From assembly GCA_965205525.1 (NCBI GenBank), contig OZ242171.1:518289-582288 (forward strand): DNA of 64,000 nucleotides. The letters are read 5' to 3'. Source of the stretch: Gammaproteobacteria bacterium. GTDB lineage: Bacteria; Pseudomonadota; Gammaproteobacteria; JABABF01. The position numbers and the translations under genes are program-made. This document shows positions 43,087 through 53,624 of this stretch, piece by piece. How positions within the stretch are numbered: position 1 is the first letter of the stretch; the number at the start of each line of letters is the position of its first letter. Under the pieces are notes generated by a model. The model saw only the letters and a program-made list of their open reading frames with translations. It was not told where the DNA came from and made no database searches.

Positions 43087-44270
43087 TGGCGGGCAGAGAC
43101 TATTTCCGAGAGTTGCCAGAGGGCATTGAAGAGATGCTCCCGGCCCGGGCCGCTCACTTTGAAAAGCTGCGGCGCGATGTCTTGGACCTGTTTCACAGCT
43201 GGGGCTATGCGCTGGTGATTCCGCCTCTTTTGGAGTACGCCGATGCCCCCTCCGCGGGAGCCGGCAGCGATCTCCGGGATCTGCGCTTTCAATTTACTGA
43301 TCCCCTGAGCGGCCGCTCTTTAGCACTGCGCCCGGACATCACCCCCCAGACTGCTCGCATAGATGCACAGAGTCTGCGTCACGATGGCAGCCCGGTGCGT
43401 TTGTGCTATGCCGGAGATGTGCTGCACACAAAGCCGCGCCGGCCCTTGGCGCGGCGGCAGCCCTTTCCGGCGGGTGTCGAGCTGTACGGCTCCCGCGATC
43501 TGGCGGCGGACTTGGAGATCATCACTTTGATGCTGGAGACCCTGCGCCGGGTGTTGCCGAAGCCGACCCCCCTGTGTCTGGACTTGGGGCACATGGGCAT
43601 TTACCAAGCTTTGGCCGCCGATACCGGCTTGCAGGAAAACAAGACAGCAGACCTGTTTGACGCCCTGCAGCGCAAAGCTGTAGATGAAATTGAGAAGGAA
43701 CTGCATGGGTGGCAGGTGTCGGATCGGGCCACTCGTCTGCGGGCTCTCTTGGACCTGCACGGCGGTCCTCAGGTGCTGGAGGAGGCGCGCCGCCAGCTCG
43801 CGGGGGCACCGGCGGAGGTGATGGAAGCCTTGGATACCCTGGAGGCCGTGGTCCGGCATTTTGCACCGGAAGTGGATGTGTACCTTGATTTCGGCGAGCT
43901 GCGCGGCTACCGCTACCACACCGGCATAGTCTTTGCCGTCTACGCCCCAGGGCAGGGGGAGCCTGTGGCGAATGGCGGGCGCTATGACGGCATCGGCGAA
44001 GCCTTTGGGCGCGCCCGTCCTGCGGTGGGCTTCAGCACCGACTTGGTGACCTTGGCGGATATCCAAGGGGTGGGAGCGTATTCTCCGGGGGGCATCTTTG
44101 CCCCTGCAGAGGAAGAGGGCCAAGGACAGCGAGAAGCGGAGATTGCCAAGCTGCGTGTCGCCGGCCTGCGGGTGGTTGCCGGCCTGCCCGGGCAGTCCAA
44201 GGATCCCTCCTGCGATCGGCTCCTGGTCTGGCGTGATAACCAATGGCGGGTGGAGCCTGCCGCATCCTGA
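43086..44270 (+). CDS. hisZ: ATP phosphoribosyltransferase regulatory subunit
   Basis: Class-II aaRS-like HisZ core (FRRDV.., RYHTG..); hisZ-purA synteny; start taken at the ATG overlapping the DUF2065 stop (TGATG), the listed ORF extends to 42975. Confidence 0.85.
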   Translation: MAGRDYFRELPEGIEEMLPARAAHFEKLRRDVLDLFHSWGYALVIPPLLEYADAPSAGAGSDLRDLRFQFTDPLSGRSLALRPDITPQTARIDAQSLRHDGSPVRLCYAGDVLHTKPRRPLARRQPFPAGVELYGSRDLAADLEIITLMLETLRRVLPKPTPLCLDLGHMGIYQALAADTGLQENKTADLFDALQRKAVDEIEKELHGWQVSDRATRLRALLDLHGGPQVLEEARRQLAGAPAEVMEALDTLEAVVRHFAPEVDVYLDFGELRGYRYHTGIVFAVYAPGQGEPVANGGRYDGIGEAFGRARPAVGFSTDLVTLADIQGVGAYSPGGIFAPAEEEGQGQREAEIAKLRVAGLRVVAGLPGQSKDPSCDRLLVWRDNQWRVEPAAS

Positions 44271-44277
44271 CAGCCTG

Positions 44278-45540
44278 ATGGGGCGCTCGGTGGTGGTCCT
44301 CGGTACCCAGTGGGGTGACGAGGGCAAAGGCCGCATCGTGGATCTGCTGACCGAGCGGACCGCGGCGGCGGTGCGTTTCCAAGGGGGGCACAATGCTGGC
44401 CACACCCTGGTGATCGGCAAGCGCCGCATCGCTCTGCACTTGGTGCCCTCGGGGATTATGCGCCCGGAAATACAGTGCCTGATAGGCAGCGGTGTCGTGC
44501 TGTCGCCGGGTGCCCTGCTGGAGGAGCTTGCGCACTTAGAAGGGGAGGGCGTAGCAGCGCGAGAGCGTCTTTCCATCAGCCCCGCCTGCCCCCTGCTGCT
44601 GCCCTCTCATGCGGCCTTGGATGTGGCCAGGGAGGCGGGTGCAGAACTGCCCATCGGCACCACCGGACGGGGCATCGGTCCCGCCTACGAGGATAAAGCC
44701 GCCCGCCGCGGCCTGCGCATCATGGATTTAGCCGCCGCGGATTTTGACCAGCGATTGCAGAGACTCCTGGACTTTCATGACTTCCTGCTGACGCGCCTTT
44801 ACAAGGTGCCGCCGACAGACCGGGACGTGGTGCAGGCAGAGTGCCAGGAGGCCCGGGAGCAGATCCTGCCCCTGACCGCCGATGTGCCAGAAATCCTAGA
44901 GCGCCTGCGTCGGGAAGGGGCAAACATCCTGTTTGAAGGTGCCCAGGGAGCGATGCTGGACATTGACCACGGCACCTATCCCTTTGTGACTTCTTCCAAT
45001 ACCGGCGCCGGTTATGCTGCCAGCGGCAGCGGTTTTGGCCCCCTGCACTTAGAAGGGGTGCTCGGCATCACCAAGGTATATGCCACGCGGGTCGGTGAGG
45101 GTCCATTCCCCTCGGAAATCAAAGGCGAGATCGGTGCGCATTTGGCCGAGAAGGGGCGGGAAGTGGGCACCACTACCGGCCGTCCCCGCCGCTGCGGCTG
45201 GTTTGATGCGGCGGCTGTGCGCCGGGCTGTGCAGCTAAACAGCGTCACCGGACTCTGTCTGACCAAGCTGGATGTGCTAGACGGCATGGACACCCTGCGA
45301 CTGTGCGCAGCGTACGAGGGCGGAGCGATACTGATGCCGGAAGGAAGACAAAAGCCGGTTTATGAGGAGCTGCCCGGCTGGCAGGAATCCACCCGCGGCA
45401 TCACCGAACTAAACGAGCTGCCAACCGCAGCCAAAAACTATGTGCAGCGCATTGAAGAACTGACCGGCGCCCCCATAGACATGATCTCAACCGGTGCCGA
45501 GCGCGACCAGATCATCATTCTGCGACATCCTTTCTCCTGA
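44278..45540 (+). CDS. purA: adenylosuccinate synthetase
   Basis: [21 protein letters not shown]-loop, GHNAGHT motif; start at MGRSVVV (the listed ORF extension back to 44098 is rejected). Confidence 0.95.
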   Translation: MGRSVVVLGTQWGDEGKGRIVDLLTERTAAAVRFQGGHNAGHTLVIGKRRIALHLVPSGIMRPEIQCLIGSGVVLSPGALLEELAHLEGEGVAARERLSISPACPLLLPSHAALDVAREAGAELPIGTTGRGIGPAYEDKAARRGLRIMDLAAADFDQRLQRLLDFHDFLLTRLYKVPPTDRDVVQAECQEAREQILPLTADVPEILERLRREGANILFEGAQGAMLDIDHGTYPFVTSSNTGAGYAASGSGFGPLHLEGVLGITKVYATRVGEGPFPSEIKGEIGAHLAEKGREVGTTTGRPRRCGWFDAAAVRRAVQLNSVTGLCLTKLDVLDGMDTLRLCAAYEGGAILMPEGRQKPVYEELPGWQESTRGITELNELPTAAKNYVQRIEELTGAPIDMISTGAERDQIIILRHPFS

Positions 45541-45594
45541 CATTGCAGCAGTGCAGAACAGCAAACTCGGCAAAAACATCTGAAAGGGAAAAGC

Positions 45595-45756
45595 ATGAAA
45601 GCAATAGAAGGAAACCCGCAATGCATTAAGAAAATATTTCTCGAACATGAGTTGGAGATTCCAGAATTTCAACGCCCGTATTGTTGGGGAGAAAAAGAGT
45701 GCGCTCAGCTGTGGAAACCGACCGTTGACGGAGGCAGAGCATTCTTGAAACCAGAA
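45595..45756 (+). pseudogene. N-terminal fragment (53 codons) of a DUF262/ParB-like nuclease-domain protein (GmrSD-type)
   Basis: MKAIEGNPQCIKKIFLEHELEIPEFQRPYCWGEKECAQLW carries the DUF262 IPxFQRxYxW signature and stops after 53 codons; AT-richer DNA. Confidence 0.5.
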
Positions 45757-45778
45757 TAAATTCCGGGTCCGAGCCAAG

Positions 45779-45915
45779 GTGGAATATCAGTTTGGCATGA
45801 TCAAGCGGCGGGTCGGGTTTTCCAAAGTGCGGTTTTGCGCCAAATCTGAAAAATCGGCAACATCATTGTCCCGTTTGAATCGCATCCAATATATGTTGCG
45901 TGTCCTGCGGATAGA
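45779..45915 (+). mobile_element. C-terminal fragment of an IS5-family transposase (remnant)
   Basis: VEYQFGMIKRRVGFSKVRFCAKSEKSATSLSRLNRIQYMLRV matches the IS5-family C-terminal consensus VEhxFGxxKxxxGxRKVRYRGLxKN...; no intact IS ends recognised. Confidence 0.5.
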
Positions 45916-45976
45916 AACGGACGCTTCGTCTACTCTGAAGTCATCCTCACTCTTAGATACAGAGTGCTTTAGAAAA

Positions 45977-46063
45977 TGGTGCCCAGGAGAGGACTTGAAC
46001 CTCCACGGCCGTGAAGCCACTGGCACCTGAGGCCAGCGTGTCTACCAATTTCACCACCTGGGC
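45977..46063 (-). tRNA. tRNA-Leu (anticodon CAG)
   Basis: Reverse complement reads GCCCAGGTGGTGAAATTGGTAGACACGCTGGCCTCAGGTGCCAGTGGCTTCACGGCCGTGGAGGTTCAAGTCCTCTCCTGGGCACCA: 7-bp acceptor stem, long variable arm, T-loop GGTTCAAGTCC, anticodon loop CTCAGGT. Confidence 0.9.
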
Positions 46064-46172
46064 CGAGGATAGCAGGCAGCCCGCTTTGTAGGGTGCATAC
46101 TCTAGCGATGGCGGATACTATTGTCAATCATCATGCGTTTTTTTTGGAGAATTTGCCGCACACCGGCATGCC

Positions 46173-47525
46173 ATGAAACCCCTGCATCCCCATCCCCCCA
46201 CCCTTTGTTTGTCTTTGGAGGAATTTGCCGCGCACCGCCATGAATTGATGCGGCGCATGGAGGAGGGCACCGTGGCGGTGCTGCCCGCCGCACGGGAGGT
46301 GCGGCGTAATCGGGATGTGCATTACCGCTTCCGTCAGGACAGTGATTTCCAGTACCTGAGCGGCTTTGGGGAGCCGGATGCGGTGCTGGTTCTGATCCCC
46401 GACAGGGAGGAGGGCCGCTGCATTCTGTTCTGCCGGGAGCGCGACCCCGGGCAGGAAGTCTGGACCGGCTCCCGTGCGGGCTCGGAGGGCGCGGTGCGAG
46501 ATTACGGTGCGGACCAGGCTTTTCCGTTGTCACAGCTAGACGAGAAGATACCCGCCCTTTTGGCCGGGCACACCGGCGTGTACTGCTCCTTAGGGCAGGA
46601 TGCCGAGTTTGATGCCCGGTTCCTGGGCTGGCTGGAAAAAATCCGTGCCAATACCCGCAGCGGGCAGAATGTTCCCGCTTCGCTGCTGGCGCTGGAAGAC
46701 GTGCTGCACGAGATGCGGCTCATCAAAACCGAGGCGGAGCTGGCGCTGATGCGAGAGGCCGGGGCGATCTCAGCCCGCGCCCACAGCCGTGCCATGGAAG
46801 TCTGTCGCCCGGGTCTTTACGAATACGACCTGGAAGCTGTGCTCATGCAGACATTTCTCAGTGCCGGTGCCCGGCATGTTGCCTATGATCCTATTGTCGG
46901 CAGCGGTGCCAATGCCTGCGTGCTTCACTACACGGCCAACGATGCACCCCTGCAAGAGGGGGACTTGGTGCTGATTGATGCCGGCTGCGAGCTGGATTGC
47001 TACGGCGCCGATATCACCCGCACCTTCCCCGTCAGCGGGCGTTTCAGCGGGGAACAGCGCGCACTGCACGAGCTGGTGTGCACCGCCCAGGATGCGGCCA
47101 TCGCAGTCGCCCGTCCGGGGCGGACTTTCCAGGATGTGCACGATGCAGCTGTCCGCTGCCTGACGGAAGGGCTTCGGGACTTGGGACTCCTGCAGGGGGA
47201 GACGAATGAGCTGCTGGAGAGCGGTGCTTTTCGCAGGTTCTACATGCACCGCACCAGTCACTGGCTCGGCATGGATGTGCACGATGTGGGTCGCAGCTAT
47301 GAGGGGAAGCAATCCCGCGTTCTGGAACCCGGCATGACGATGACGGTGGAGCCTGGCCTGTACATCGCCCCGGAGGATGGCGAGGTGGAGGAGCGCTGGA
47401 GAGGCATCGGCATCCGTATTGAAGACGATGTGCTGATTACCGACGGCGCAGCGGAAATCATCAACGGCAGCACTCCCCGAACAGCGGCAGAGGTGGAGAA
47501 ATGGATGGCAGCGGCCCAGAGCTAA
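46173..47525 (+). CDS. pepP: Xaa-Pro aminopeptidase
   Basis: M24B core (HYRFRQDSDFQYLSGF, metal ligands ...HWLGMDVHD..., EPGMTMTVEPG); the start may be the internal TTG near 46209. Confidence 0.9.
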   Translation: MKPLHPHPPTLCLSLEEFAAHRHELMRRMEEGTVAVLPAAREVRRNRDVHYRFRQDSDFQYLSGFGEPDAVLVLIPDREEGRCILFCRERDPGQEVWTGSRAGSEGAVRDYGADQAFPLSQLDEKIPALLAGHTGVYCSLGQDAEFDARFLGWLEKIRANTRSGQNVPASLLALEDVLHEMRLIKTEAELALMREAGAISARAHSRAMEVCRPGLYEYDLEAVLMQTFLSAGARHVAYDPIVGSGANACVLHYTANDAPLQEGDLVLIDAGCELDCYGADITRTFPVSGRFSGEQRALHELVCTAQDAAIAVARPGRTFQDVHDAAVRCLTEGLRDLGLLQGETNELLESGAFRRFYMHRTSHWLGMDVHDVGRSYEGKQSRVLEPGMTMTVEPGLYIAPEDGEVEERWRGIGIRIEDDVLITDGAAEIINGSTPRTAAEVEKWMAAAQS

Positions 47526-48703
47526 CGGTGGCAGGGGGCGGCCTCGCTGGTGCCGCCTTCGGCTGTCTTCTGCAGGCGGCCCGCCGGGAGGCGGGACTGC
47601 CGCCGCCCCGTCTGCTGGTGGTTGAGCGGGGTGCGCCGCCGCCTGCGGACTTGCCGGATTTCAGCAGCCCCTCTGTTGCCCTGTCCCGGCGCAGCGTGCA
47701 GATTTTCAGGCGTATCGGCCTGTGGCAGGCCTTGGCGCCCCGGGCCGCTCCGGTCTGCCGGGTGCGGGTAGTGCAGTCAGGGTACCCGGACACCCTGCAG
47801 ATGGACTGCCGGCGGGAGGGCTGGGACAGCCTCAGCTGGCAGGTGGAGAGCCCCCGCCTCCTGCGCATTCTCTGGGATGCGCTGGAGAAGGACGGTGCAG
47901 AGATTCGCCCCGCCGTTTCGGTGACGGCGCCCCGCCCCCTGCCTGCAGGCGGCTTCGCCTTCAGCCTGGAAGGGCAGGGGAAGAGTGCTTCCCTCTCCAC
48001 GGGACTCCTGGTCGCCGCGGACGGTCCCCGCTCCCCCCTGCGGGAAGCTCTTCGTATCGCCACCGTCGCCGCCGCCGAGCCGAACAGCATTCTTCTCGCC
48101 AATATTGCCGTCGCCGCCCCCCCGCCCCCGGAGGTTCGGGAGCATTTCCTGCCCGACGGCGCCCTGGTGGTGCTGCCCCTGCCGCCCCTCGGCGAAGAGG
48201 AGCGTGTGCTGGCGGTCCGGGTCGCCTCGCCGGAGTGCTGCACCGCCTTGGCAGAGGAGGAGGAGGGGCAGTTTTTAGCGGGTCTGCAGGACATTCTGGG
48301 GGAGGCTCCCCGCCTTTTGCGAATCGGCACCCGACGAGTGCAGAAGCTGCAGATAGTGCAGGCGGCGGAGCAGGTGCGCCGGGGTCTGGTGCTCTTGGGG
48401 CAGTCCGCCCATTCACTGCATCCGGCGGGAGCCCAGGGTTTTAATCTTGCCCTCCGGGACGCGGCAGCCCTGGCGCAATTTCTGACCGAGGCGCACTTGG
48501 CAGGACAGCCTCCCGGCGACTTGGGTGTGCTGCAGCGCTACGCCGCTTCCCGCCGTGCCGACCAGTTCCGCACCGCCGCTCTGACCCGTGCCCTGGCCCC
48601 TCGTCGCCGCCCCCTGCCCTGGGTGCGGGGCCCCCTTATCAGCCTGCTCCGGCTGGCTCCCCCCCTGCAGTCGCTCCTGGTGCGCCGTGCCGCCGGATTT
48701 TGA
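47501..48703 (+). CDS. ubiH: FAD-dependent ubiquinone-biosynthesis hydroxylase (2-octaprenyl-6-methoxyphenol hydroxylase)
   Basis: UbiH/UbiF/VisC family motifs (VAGGGLAGAAFG, GQSAHSLHPAGAQGFNL); assigned as ubiH from pepP-ubiH-ubiI synteny. Confidence 0.75.
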   Translation: MDGSGPELTVAGGGLAGAAFGCLLQAARREAGLPPPRLLVVERGAPPPADLPDFSSPSVALSRRSVQIFRRIGLWQALAPRAAPVCRVRVVQSGYPDTLQMDCRREGWDSLSWQVESPRLLRILWDALEKDGAEIRPAVSVTAPRPLPAGGFAFSLEGQGKSASLSTGLLVAADGPRSPLREALRIATVAAAEPNSILLANIAVAAPPPPEVREHFLPDGALVVLPLPPLGEEERVLAVRVASPECCTALAEEEEGQFLAGLQDILGEAPRLLRIGTRRVQKLQIVQAAEQVRRGLVLLGQSAHSLHPAGAQGFNLALRDAAALAQFLTEAHLAGQPPGDLGVLQRYAASRRADQFRTAALTRALAPRRRPLPWVRGPLISLLRLAPPLQSLLVRRAAGF

Positions 48704-49931
48704 TGTCGCCGTAATCGGTGCCGGTGCCGTTGGGGGCGCACTGGCATTGGCCCTGGCGGATTCCTCCCCTCATTCCGCCGGCAGCCGGCCTCTGCGGGTG
48801 GCTCTGGTGGAAGGCCGCTCCCTCTCTGCCGAATGGCCCCCCGCCCCCCGGGAAGCAGAGGATTTTGACCCTCGGGTCAGCACGCTCAGCCCGGCTTCCA
48901 AAAGCTTCTTAGATGATTTGAGGCTGTGGGAGCCTGCGGCAGGGCAGGGCGTATCTGTTTTTCGGCGGATGAGCGTGTGGGACGGGGGCGGTACCGGCCG
49001 CATCTGCTTCCGGGCCGAGGAGGCAGGTGCCGATGCCTTGGGCTGGCTCATGGAAAACCGCCTGCTGGCCGCCGCCACGGCCGAGCGGCTGCGGGCTGAG
49101 CCCGGCATACAGCTCTTGGAGGGCATCTATCTGGAGGAGCTGCTGAGCAGCTCTGGTTCTGTTCTTTTGCGCCTGTCGGACGGGAGAGAGCTGCAGGCCG
49201 CTCTGGTCGTGGGGACGGATGGCGGCTCCTCCCGGGTGCGCCGCCTGGCGGGCTTTCCGGTGCGGGAATGGGATACCGGCCAGACAGCCATCGTCGGCAC
49301 CGTGCAGACGGAACTGCCCCACGGGAGCACCGCTTGGCAGTGTTTTCGTGAGAAGGGCACCCTCGCTATTCTCCCCCTGCACGATTCCAGCGGCAGCGGA
49401 CGATTTTCCTCTTTTGTCTGGTCTCTCAACCGGACGGTGGCAGAAGAGATCATGGCCCTCAGCGATGCCGCCTTCGCCACCGCCTTTGAACGAGCCTGCG
49501 ACAGCTGCCTGGGGCCTGTGGTGCGGGCAGGCCCGCGTTTCTCTTTTCCTCTCTGGCAGCGCTGGGCCTCCCCGGTGCGAGGGCGGATCGTGCTCGCCGG
49601 CGATGCGGCGCACACGATTCACCCCTTGGCGGGGCAGGGGGTCAACCTGGGGCTGGAAGATGCGAGGGTGCTGGCGGAGGAGCTGCTGCGCTGGCGGGCC
49701 CGGGAGGGCAGCACGGGGGATTCCTTTCCCCTGCTGCGCTATCGCCGCCGCCGCAAGGAGCACAGCTTGGGCATGCTGGCTGCCATGAGCGGCTTTCAGC
49801 GGCTGTTTGCCGCCCGGGCGCCGACTGTGCGCTGGCTGCGTGGAATCGGGCTCTGCGGGGTGGACCGTCTGCCTCCCCTCAAAAGGCTTTTCATGCGGGA
49901 GGCGATGGGACAGGAATTGCGCGAAATCTAA
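48687..49931 (+). CDS. ubiI: FAD-dependent ubiquinone-biosynthesis hydroxylase (UbiI/VisC-like)
   Basis: FDVAVIGAGAVGGALA FAD motif, GDAAHTIHPLAGQGVNLG; GTG start overlapping the ubiH end. Confidence 0.75.
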   Translation: MPPDFDVAVIGAGAVGGALALALADSSPHSAGSRPLRVALVEGRSLSAEWPPAPREAEDFDPRVSTLSPASKSFLDDLRLWEPAAGQGVSVFRRMSVWDGGGTGRICFRAEEAGADALGWLMENRLLAAATAERLRAEPGIQLLEGIYLEELLSSSGSVLLRLSDGRELQAALVVGTDGGSSRVRRLAGFPVREWDTGQTAIVGTVQTELPHGSTAWQCFREKGTLAILPLHDSSGSGRFSSFVWSLNRTVAEEIMALSDAAFATAFERACDSCLGPVVRAGPRFSFPLWQRWASPVRGRIVLAGDAAHTIHPLAGQGVNLGLEDARVLAEELLRWRAREGSTGDSFPLLRYRRRRKEHSLGMLAAMSGFQRLFAARAPTVRWLRGIGLCGVDRLPPLKRLFMREAMGQELREI

Positions 49932-49979
49932 TATATAATCATTCTTATTTGCTTTTAGGCAAAATCTGGCAGCAGCACC

Positions 49980-51035
49980 ATGCGCGCATCAGTCCCTGAA
50001 CGTATCCGCTCTTCGCTGCCTGCCTTGGTCCTTGTTCCTGTTCTTTCGTTTTCCCTGGCTGCCTGCGGCAGAGACGAGTCGTCCCCCCCGGAGATCTCCG
50101 TTTATTCCGCCCGCAAGGAGCACTTAATCAAACCCCTGTTTGACCGCTACACGGAGCATACCGGGGTGCGCATTCGCTACCTTACCGATGAGGCGGCCCC
50201 GCTTCTGGTGCGCCTGGAGGCGGAGGGCAAGCACACCCCGGCGGACCTGCTGCTCACGGTGGATGCTGGCAACCTCTGGCAGGCGGCGGAGCGCGGGCTC
50301 CTGGCAAAGGTGGATTCGCCGCTTCTTGAGAGCGCTGTGCCCGCTCATCTGCGCGACCCCGAGAGCCGCTGGTTTGGTCTCTCCCTCAGGGCACGCTCTA
50401 TCGTTTATTCCACCGAGCGGGTGCAGTCCGAAGAGTTGCAGGGATACCCGGAGCTGGCGGAGCTGCGCTGGCGCGGCCGCCTGTGCCTGCGCACCGGGGA
50501 GAAGGTCTATAACCGCTCTCTGGTGGCCTCCTTTATTTATCATTTCGGTGAGGAGCGCACCTTGCAGATCCTGCGGGGCTGGGTGGCAAATCTGAGCTTG
50601 CCGCCCTTCGCCAGCGATACCCATGCCATGGAGGCGGTGCTGGCGGGGAACTGCGATGTCACCATCGTCAACAGCTATTACTTTGGCCGCCTGCAGAGTC
50701 GCTACGCCGAGGAGGGCAAAAGTATTCCCCTGGCAATTTTCTGGCCCGACGGGGAGGGGCGCCCGGGGGTGCATATCAATGTTTCCGGAGCTGGCGTCCT
50801 GCGCCATGCGCCGCACCCGGACCTCGCCCAGGCCCTCTTGGAGTGGCTCGCTGGCCCCGAGGCACAGTATCTGTTTGCCGCTTCCAACATGGAGTATCCG
50901 GTGCACCCGGAGGTGACAGCTGTCCCCCAGGTGGCGGCCTGGGGAAGCTTTCGGGCAGACCGCATGAACGTGGCTGATCTCGGCCGCCTGCAGGCGAAGG
51001 CCGTGCAGCTTATCAGCCGGGCAGGCTATCGCTGA
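49980..51035 (+). CDS. fbpA: Fe(3+) ABC transporter periplasmic substrate-binding protein
   Basis: Lipoprotein-type signal peptide (LSFSLAAC), FbpA/AfuA family core, 351 aa. Confidence 0.85.
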   Translation: MRASVPERIRSSLPALVLVPVLSFSLAACGRDESSPPEISVYSARKEHLIKPLFDRYTEHTGVRIRYLTDEAAPLLVRLEAEGKHTPADLLLTVDAGNLWQAAERGLLAKVDSPLLESAVPAHLRDPESRWFGLSLRARSIVYSTERVQSEELQGYPELAELRWRGRLCLRTGEKVYNRSLVASFIYHFGEERTLQILRGWVANLSLPPFASDTHAMEAVLAGNCDVTIVNSYYFGRLQSRYAEEGKSIPLAIFWPDGEGRPGVHINVSGAGVLRHAPHPDLAQALLEWLAGPEAQYLFAASNMEYPVHPEVTAVPQVAAWGSFRADRMNVADLGRLQAKAVQLISRAGYR

Positions 51036-51119
51036 GCTCTTCCTCCGACGGCGGTATCGGCAAGAAGCTCGCCGCCCTCTGAATAGGAGCGGGCGCATAT
51101 CTCTCTCGCTGCCAGACAG

Positions 51120-52835
51120 ATGACAGTGTCCGGCACCTTCCGCAGGGCAGCGCCCGCATCTGTTTTTCTGCGGATTTTACATCTGACCGCCGGGCTGGCC
51201 GTCCTGATGGTCTTAGCTCCGATTGCGGTCATCCTGCTGAGCTGGGCGGTTGAAACACCCTCCCTGCTGCAACATCTGCCGAGCATCCGTCTGCCGGAAA
51301 TTCTCTCCAACACCCTGGTGCTGATACTGGGTGTGGGCACGCTGGTGACCCTTCTGGGAGTGAGCCTGGCGTGGCTGACCGCCACCTGCGAATTTCCTGG
51401 TCGCCGTTATTTGGACTGGGCCCTGGTGCTGCCCATGGCGATGCCGCCCTACGTGCTGGCCTTTGCTTTTCTCGGCCTCTTTGATATCGGGGGCACAGTG
51501 CAGAATGCGTTGGCGGCATTTTTTGGGCCCGGCATGGTCCAGCTGAATCTGCGCAATCCCGCATCGGTCGTGCTGGTATTCAGCCTCGCCCTGTACCCCT
51601 ATGTCTATCTGCTGGTGCGAAGCGCATTTCTCATGCAGGGGGTGGAGCTGCTAGAGGCGGCCCGGGCTCTCGGCCGGCGGCCGGCAGCCGCCTTTTTGGG
51701 AACGGTGCTGCCGGCGGCGCGCCCCGCCTTAGCGGCCGGGCTGGCACTGGTGATGATGGAGACCTTGGCGGATTTCGGCGTGGTTTCGGTTTTCAACTAC
51801 AACACCTTTACCACCGCTATCTACCGCACCTGGATGGGACTCTACGATTTGGCGGCGGCGGCCCAGCTGGCCTCTTTGCTGCTGCTGGTATCCCTGCTGG
51901 TGCCCTGGCTGGAAAGGCTGGCGCGCAGCCGGGCACGCTATACCAGCACCGCCGTCGCCCCTCGCCGCCGTCCCCTGCTGGGCTTTCGGGGCTGGCTGGC
52001 CGCCTGTTATGCGCTGCTCGTGCTGACCCTCGGTTTCCTGCTGCCCCTGATCCAGCTGGGAGTCTGGGCTTGGCCTTCCCTGTCGGATTTGGGCGAGCGC
52101 TACGGGGGGCTGGTGTTCCACAGCCTTGTGCTGGCGGGGATTACTACCTTGGCGACCCTTCTGCTGGCCCTGCTCTTGGCCCTGCTCCGCCATCGCCGTC
52201 CCACACCGCTGGTGCAGCTGACGGTCTCCCTGGCCAGCACTGGCTACGCCCTGCCGGGCACGGTGCTGGCGGTCGGTCTCGTGCTGGCCCTGGGCTGGCT
52301 CCTGCAGGTGCTGCCAGAGGACGCCCCTTGGGTGCGCTTCCTGCTGCCCGGCAGCTTCGGCATTCTCGTCGTCGCCTACATGGCCCGCTTCCTGGCAGTA
52401 GCCCTGGCACCCCTGGAGAGCGGCCTGGTGCGGGTGCGCCCGGTCCTGACCGAGGCGGCCCAGAACCTTGGCGCAAGTCGTCCCCGCATTCTGCGCCGCA
52501 TCTATCTGCCGCTGCTGACCCCGGCCGCAGGCACCGCTTTTGCCCTGGTGTTCGTGGAGGTGATGCGGGAGATGCCGGCCACTCTCTTGCTGCGCCCCTT
52601 CGGCTGGGATACCTTGGCGGTACGTATCTTTGAGATGACTTCAGAGGGGGAATGGCAGCGGGCGGCAGTGCCGGCCCTGGTGCTGGTGCTGGTCAGCCTG
52701 GTGCCGATGGCCCTCGCCCTGGGGAGCACGGTATCGGGGGCGGGTGGCAGAGCCTTTCGCTTTCCTGTCCTGCGCTGGGAGGCCTTTCGCTTCTCTTCCA
52801 TGCGCCTGCGGGGCGGTTCTCGTCTGCTAGAATAA
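51120..52835 (+). CDS. fbpB: Fe(3+) ABC transporter permease (duplicated-domain FbpB type)
   Basis: 571 aa, about 12 TM segments, 2 ABC-permease EAA-like regions (LGRRPAAAF / LGASRPRIL). Confidence 0.8.
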   Translation: MTVSGTFRRAAPASVFLRILHLTAGLAVLMVLAPIAVILLSWAVETPSLLQHLPSIRLPEILSNTLVLILGVGTLVTLLGVSLAWLTATCEFPGRRYLDWALVLPMAMPPYVLAFAFLGLFDIGGTVQNALAAFFGPGMVQLNLRNPASVVLVFSLALYPYVYLLVRSAFLMQGVELLEAARALGRRPAAAFLGTVLPAARPALAAGLALVMMETLADFGVVSVFNYNTFTTAIYRTWMGLYDLAAAAQLASLLLLVSLLVPWLERLARSRARYTSTAVAPRRRPLLGFRGWLAACYALLVLTLGFLLPLIQLGVWAWPSLSDLGERYGGLVFHSLVLAGITTLATLLLALLLALLRHRRPTPLVQLTVSLASTGYALPGTVLAVGLVLALGWLLQVLPEDAPWVRFLLPGSFGILVVAYMARFLAVALAPLESGLVRVRPVLTEAAQNLGASRPRILRRIYLPLLTPAAGTAFALVFVEVMREMPATLLLRPFGWDTLAVRIFEMTSEGEWQRAAVPALVLVLVSLVPMALALGSTVSGAGGRAFRFPVLRWEAFRFSSMRLRGGSRLLE

Positions 52836-52871
52836 ATCCCTTCTGCAAATATGCTGGCCCCGGAGGGCTGT

Positions 52872-53624
52872 ATGAAAGTGCTAGTGCCCGTCAAGCGGGT
52901 GGCAGATGCCAACATTAAAGTGCGCCCGAAAAGCGACGGCAGCGGGGCGGATTTAGCCAACGTCAAGATGGCTATTAACCCCTTCTGCGAAATCGCTGTG
53001 GAGGAGGCGGTGCGCCTCAAGGAAGCGGGGATAGCCTCCGAGGTGGTGGCGGTCTCGGCGGGGGACAAGGCCTGCCAAGAGCAGATCCGAACCGCTCTGG
53101 CCCTCGGTGCCGACCGCGGCATCCTGGTGGAGAGCGATGCCGAGCTGCAGTCCCTGGCGGTGGCCAAGATTCTGAAGGCGCTGGTGGAGCGAGAACAGCC
53201 AGAGCTGGTCATCCTTGGCAAGCAGTCCATAGACGGGGACAACAACCAGACCGGCCAGATGCTGGCAGCTCTGACCGGCATGCCCCAGGGCACCTTTGCC
53301 TCGGAACTGAAGGTGGAGGGGGAGAAGCTGCGGGTCACCCGGGAAGTGGACGGCGGCCTGCAGACCCTGCAGCTGTGCCTGCCGGCGGTGGTGAGCACCG
53401 ACCTCCGGCTGAATGAGCCCCGCTACGCATCGCTGCCCAATATCATGAAGGCCAAGAAGAAGGAGATTGAAGTTTTAACCCCGGAAGATTTGGGCGTAGA
53501 TGTATCGCCTCGTCTGCGTCTTCTGCAGGTGGAGCCCCCGGCGGAGCGCCAGGAGGGCGTGCGGGTGAGTTCGGTGGAAGAGCTGATAGACAAGCTGCGC
53601 AATGAGGCAAAGGTGGTGTCATGA
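52872..53624 (+). CDS. etfB: electron transfer flavoprotein beta subunit
   Basis: [10 protein letters not shown]...[16 protein letters not shown] conserved EtfB N-terminus; about 250 aa. Confidence 0.92.
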   Translation: MKVLVPVKRVADANIKVRPKSDGSGADLANVKMAINPFCEIAVEEAVRLKEAGIASEVVAVSAGDKACQEQIRTALALGADRGILVESDAELQSLAVAKILKALVEREQPELVILGKQSIDGDNNQTGQMLAALTGMPQGTFASELKVEGEKLRVTREVDGGLQTLQLCLPAVVSTDLRLNEPRYASLPNIMKAKKKEIEVLTPEDLGVDVSPRLRLLQVEPPAERQEGVRVSSVEELIDKLRNEAKVVS

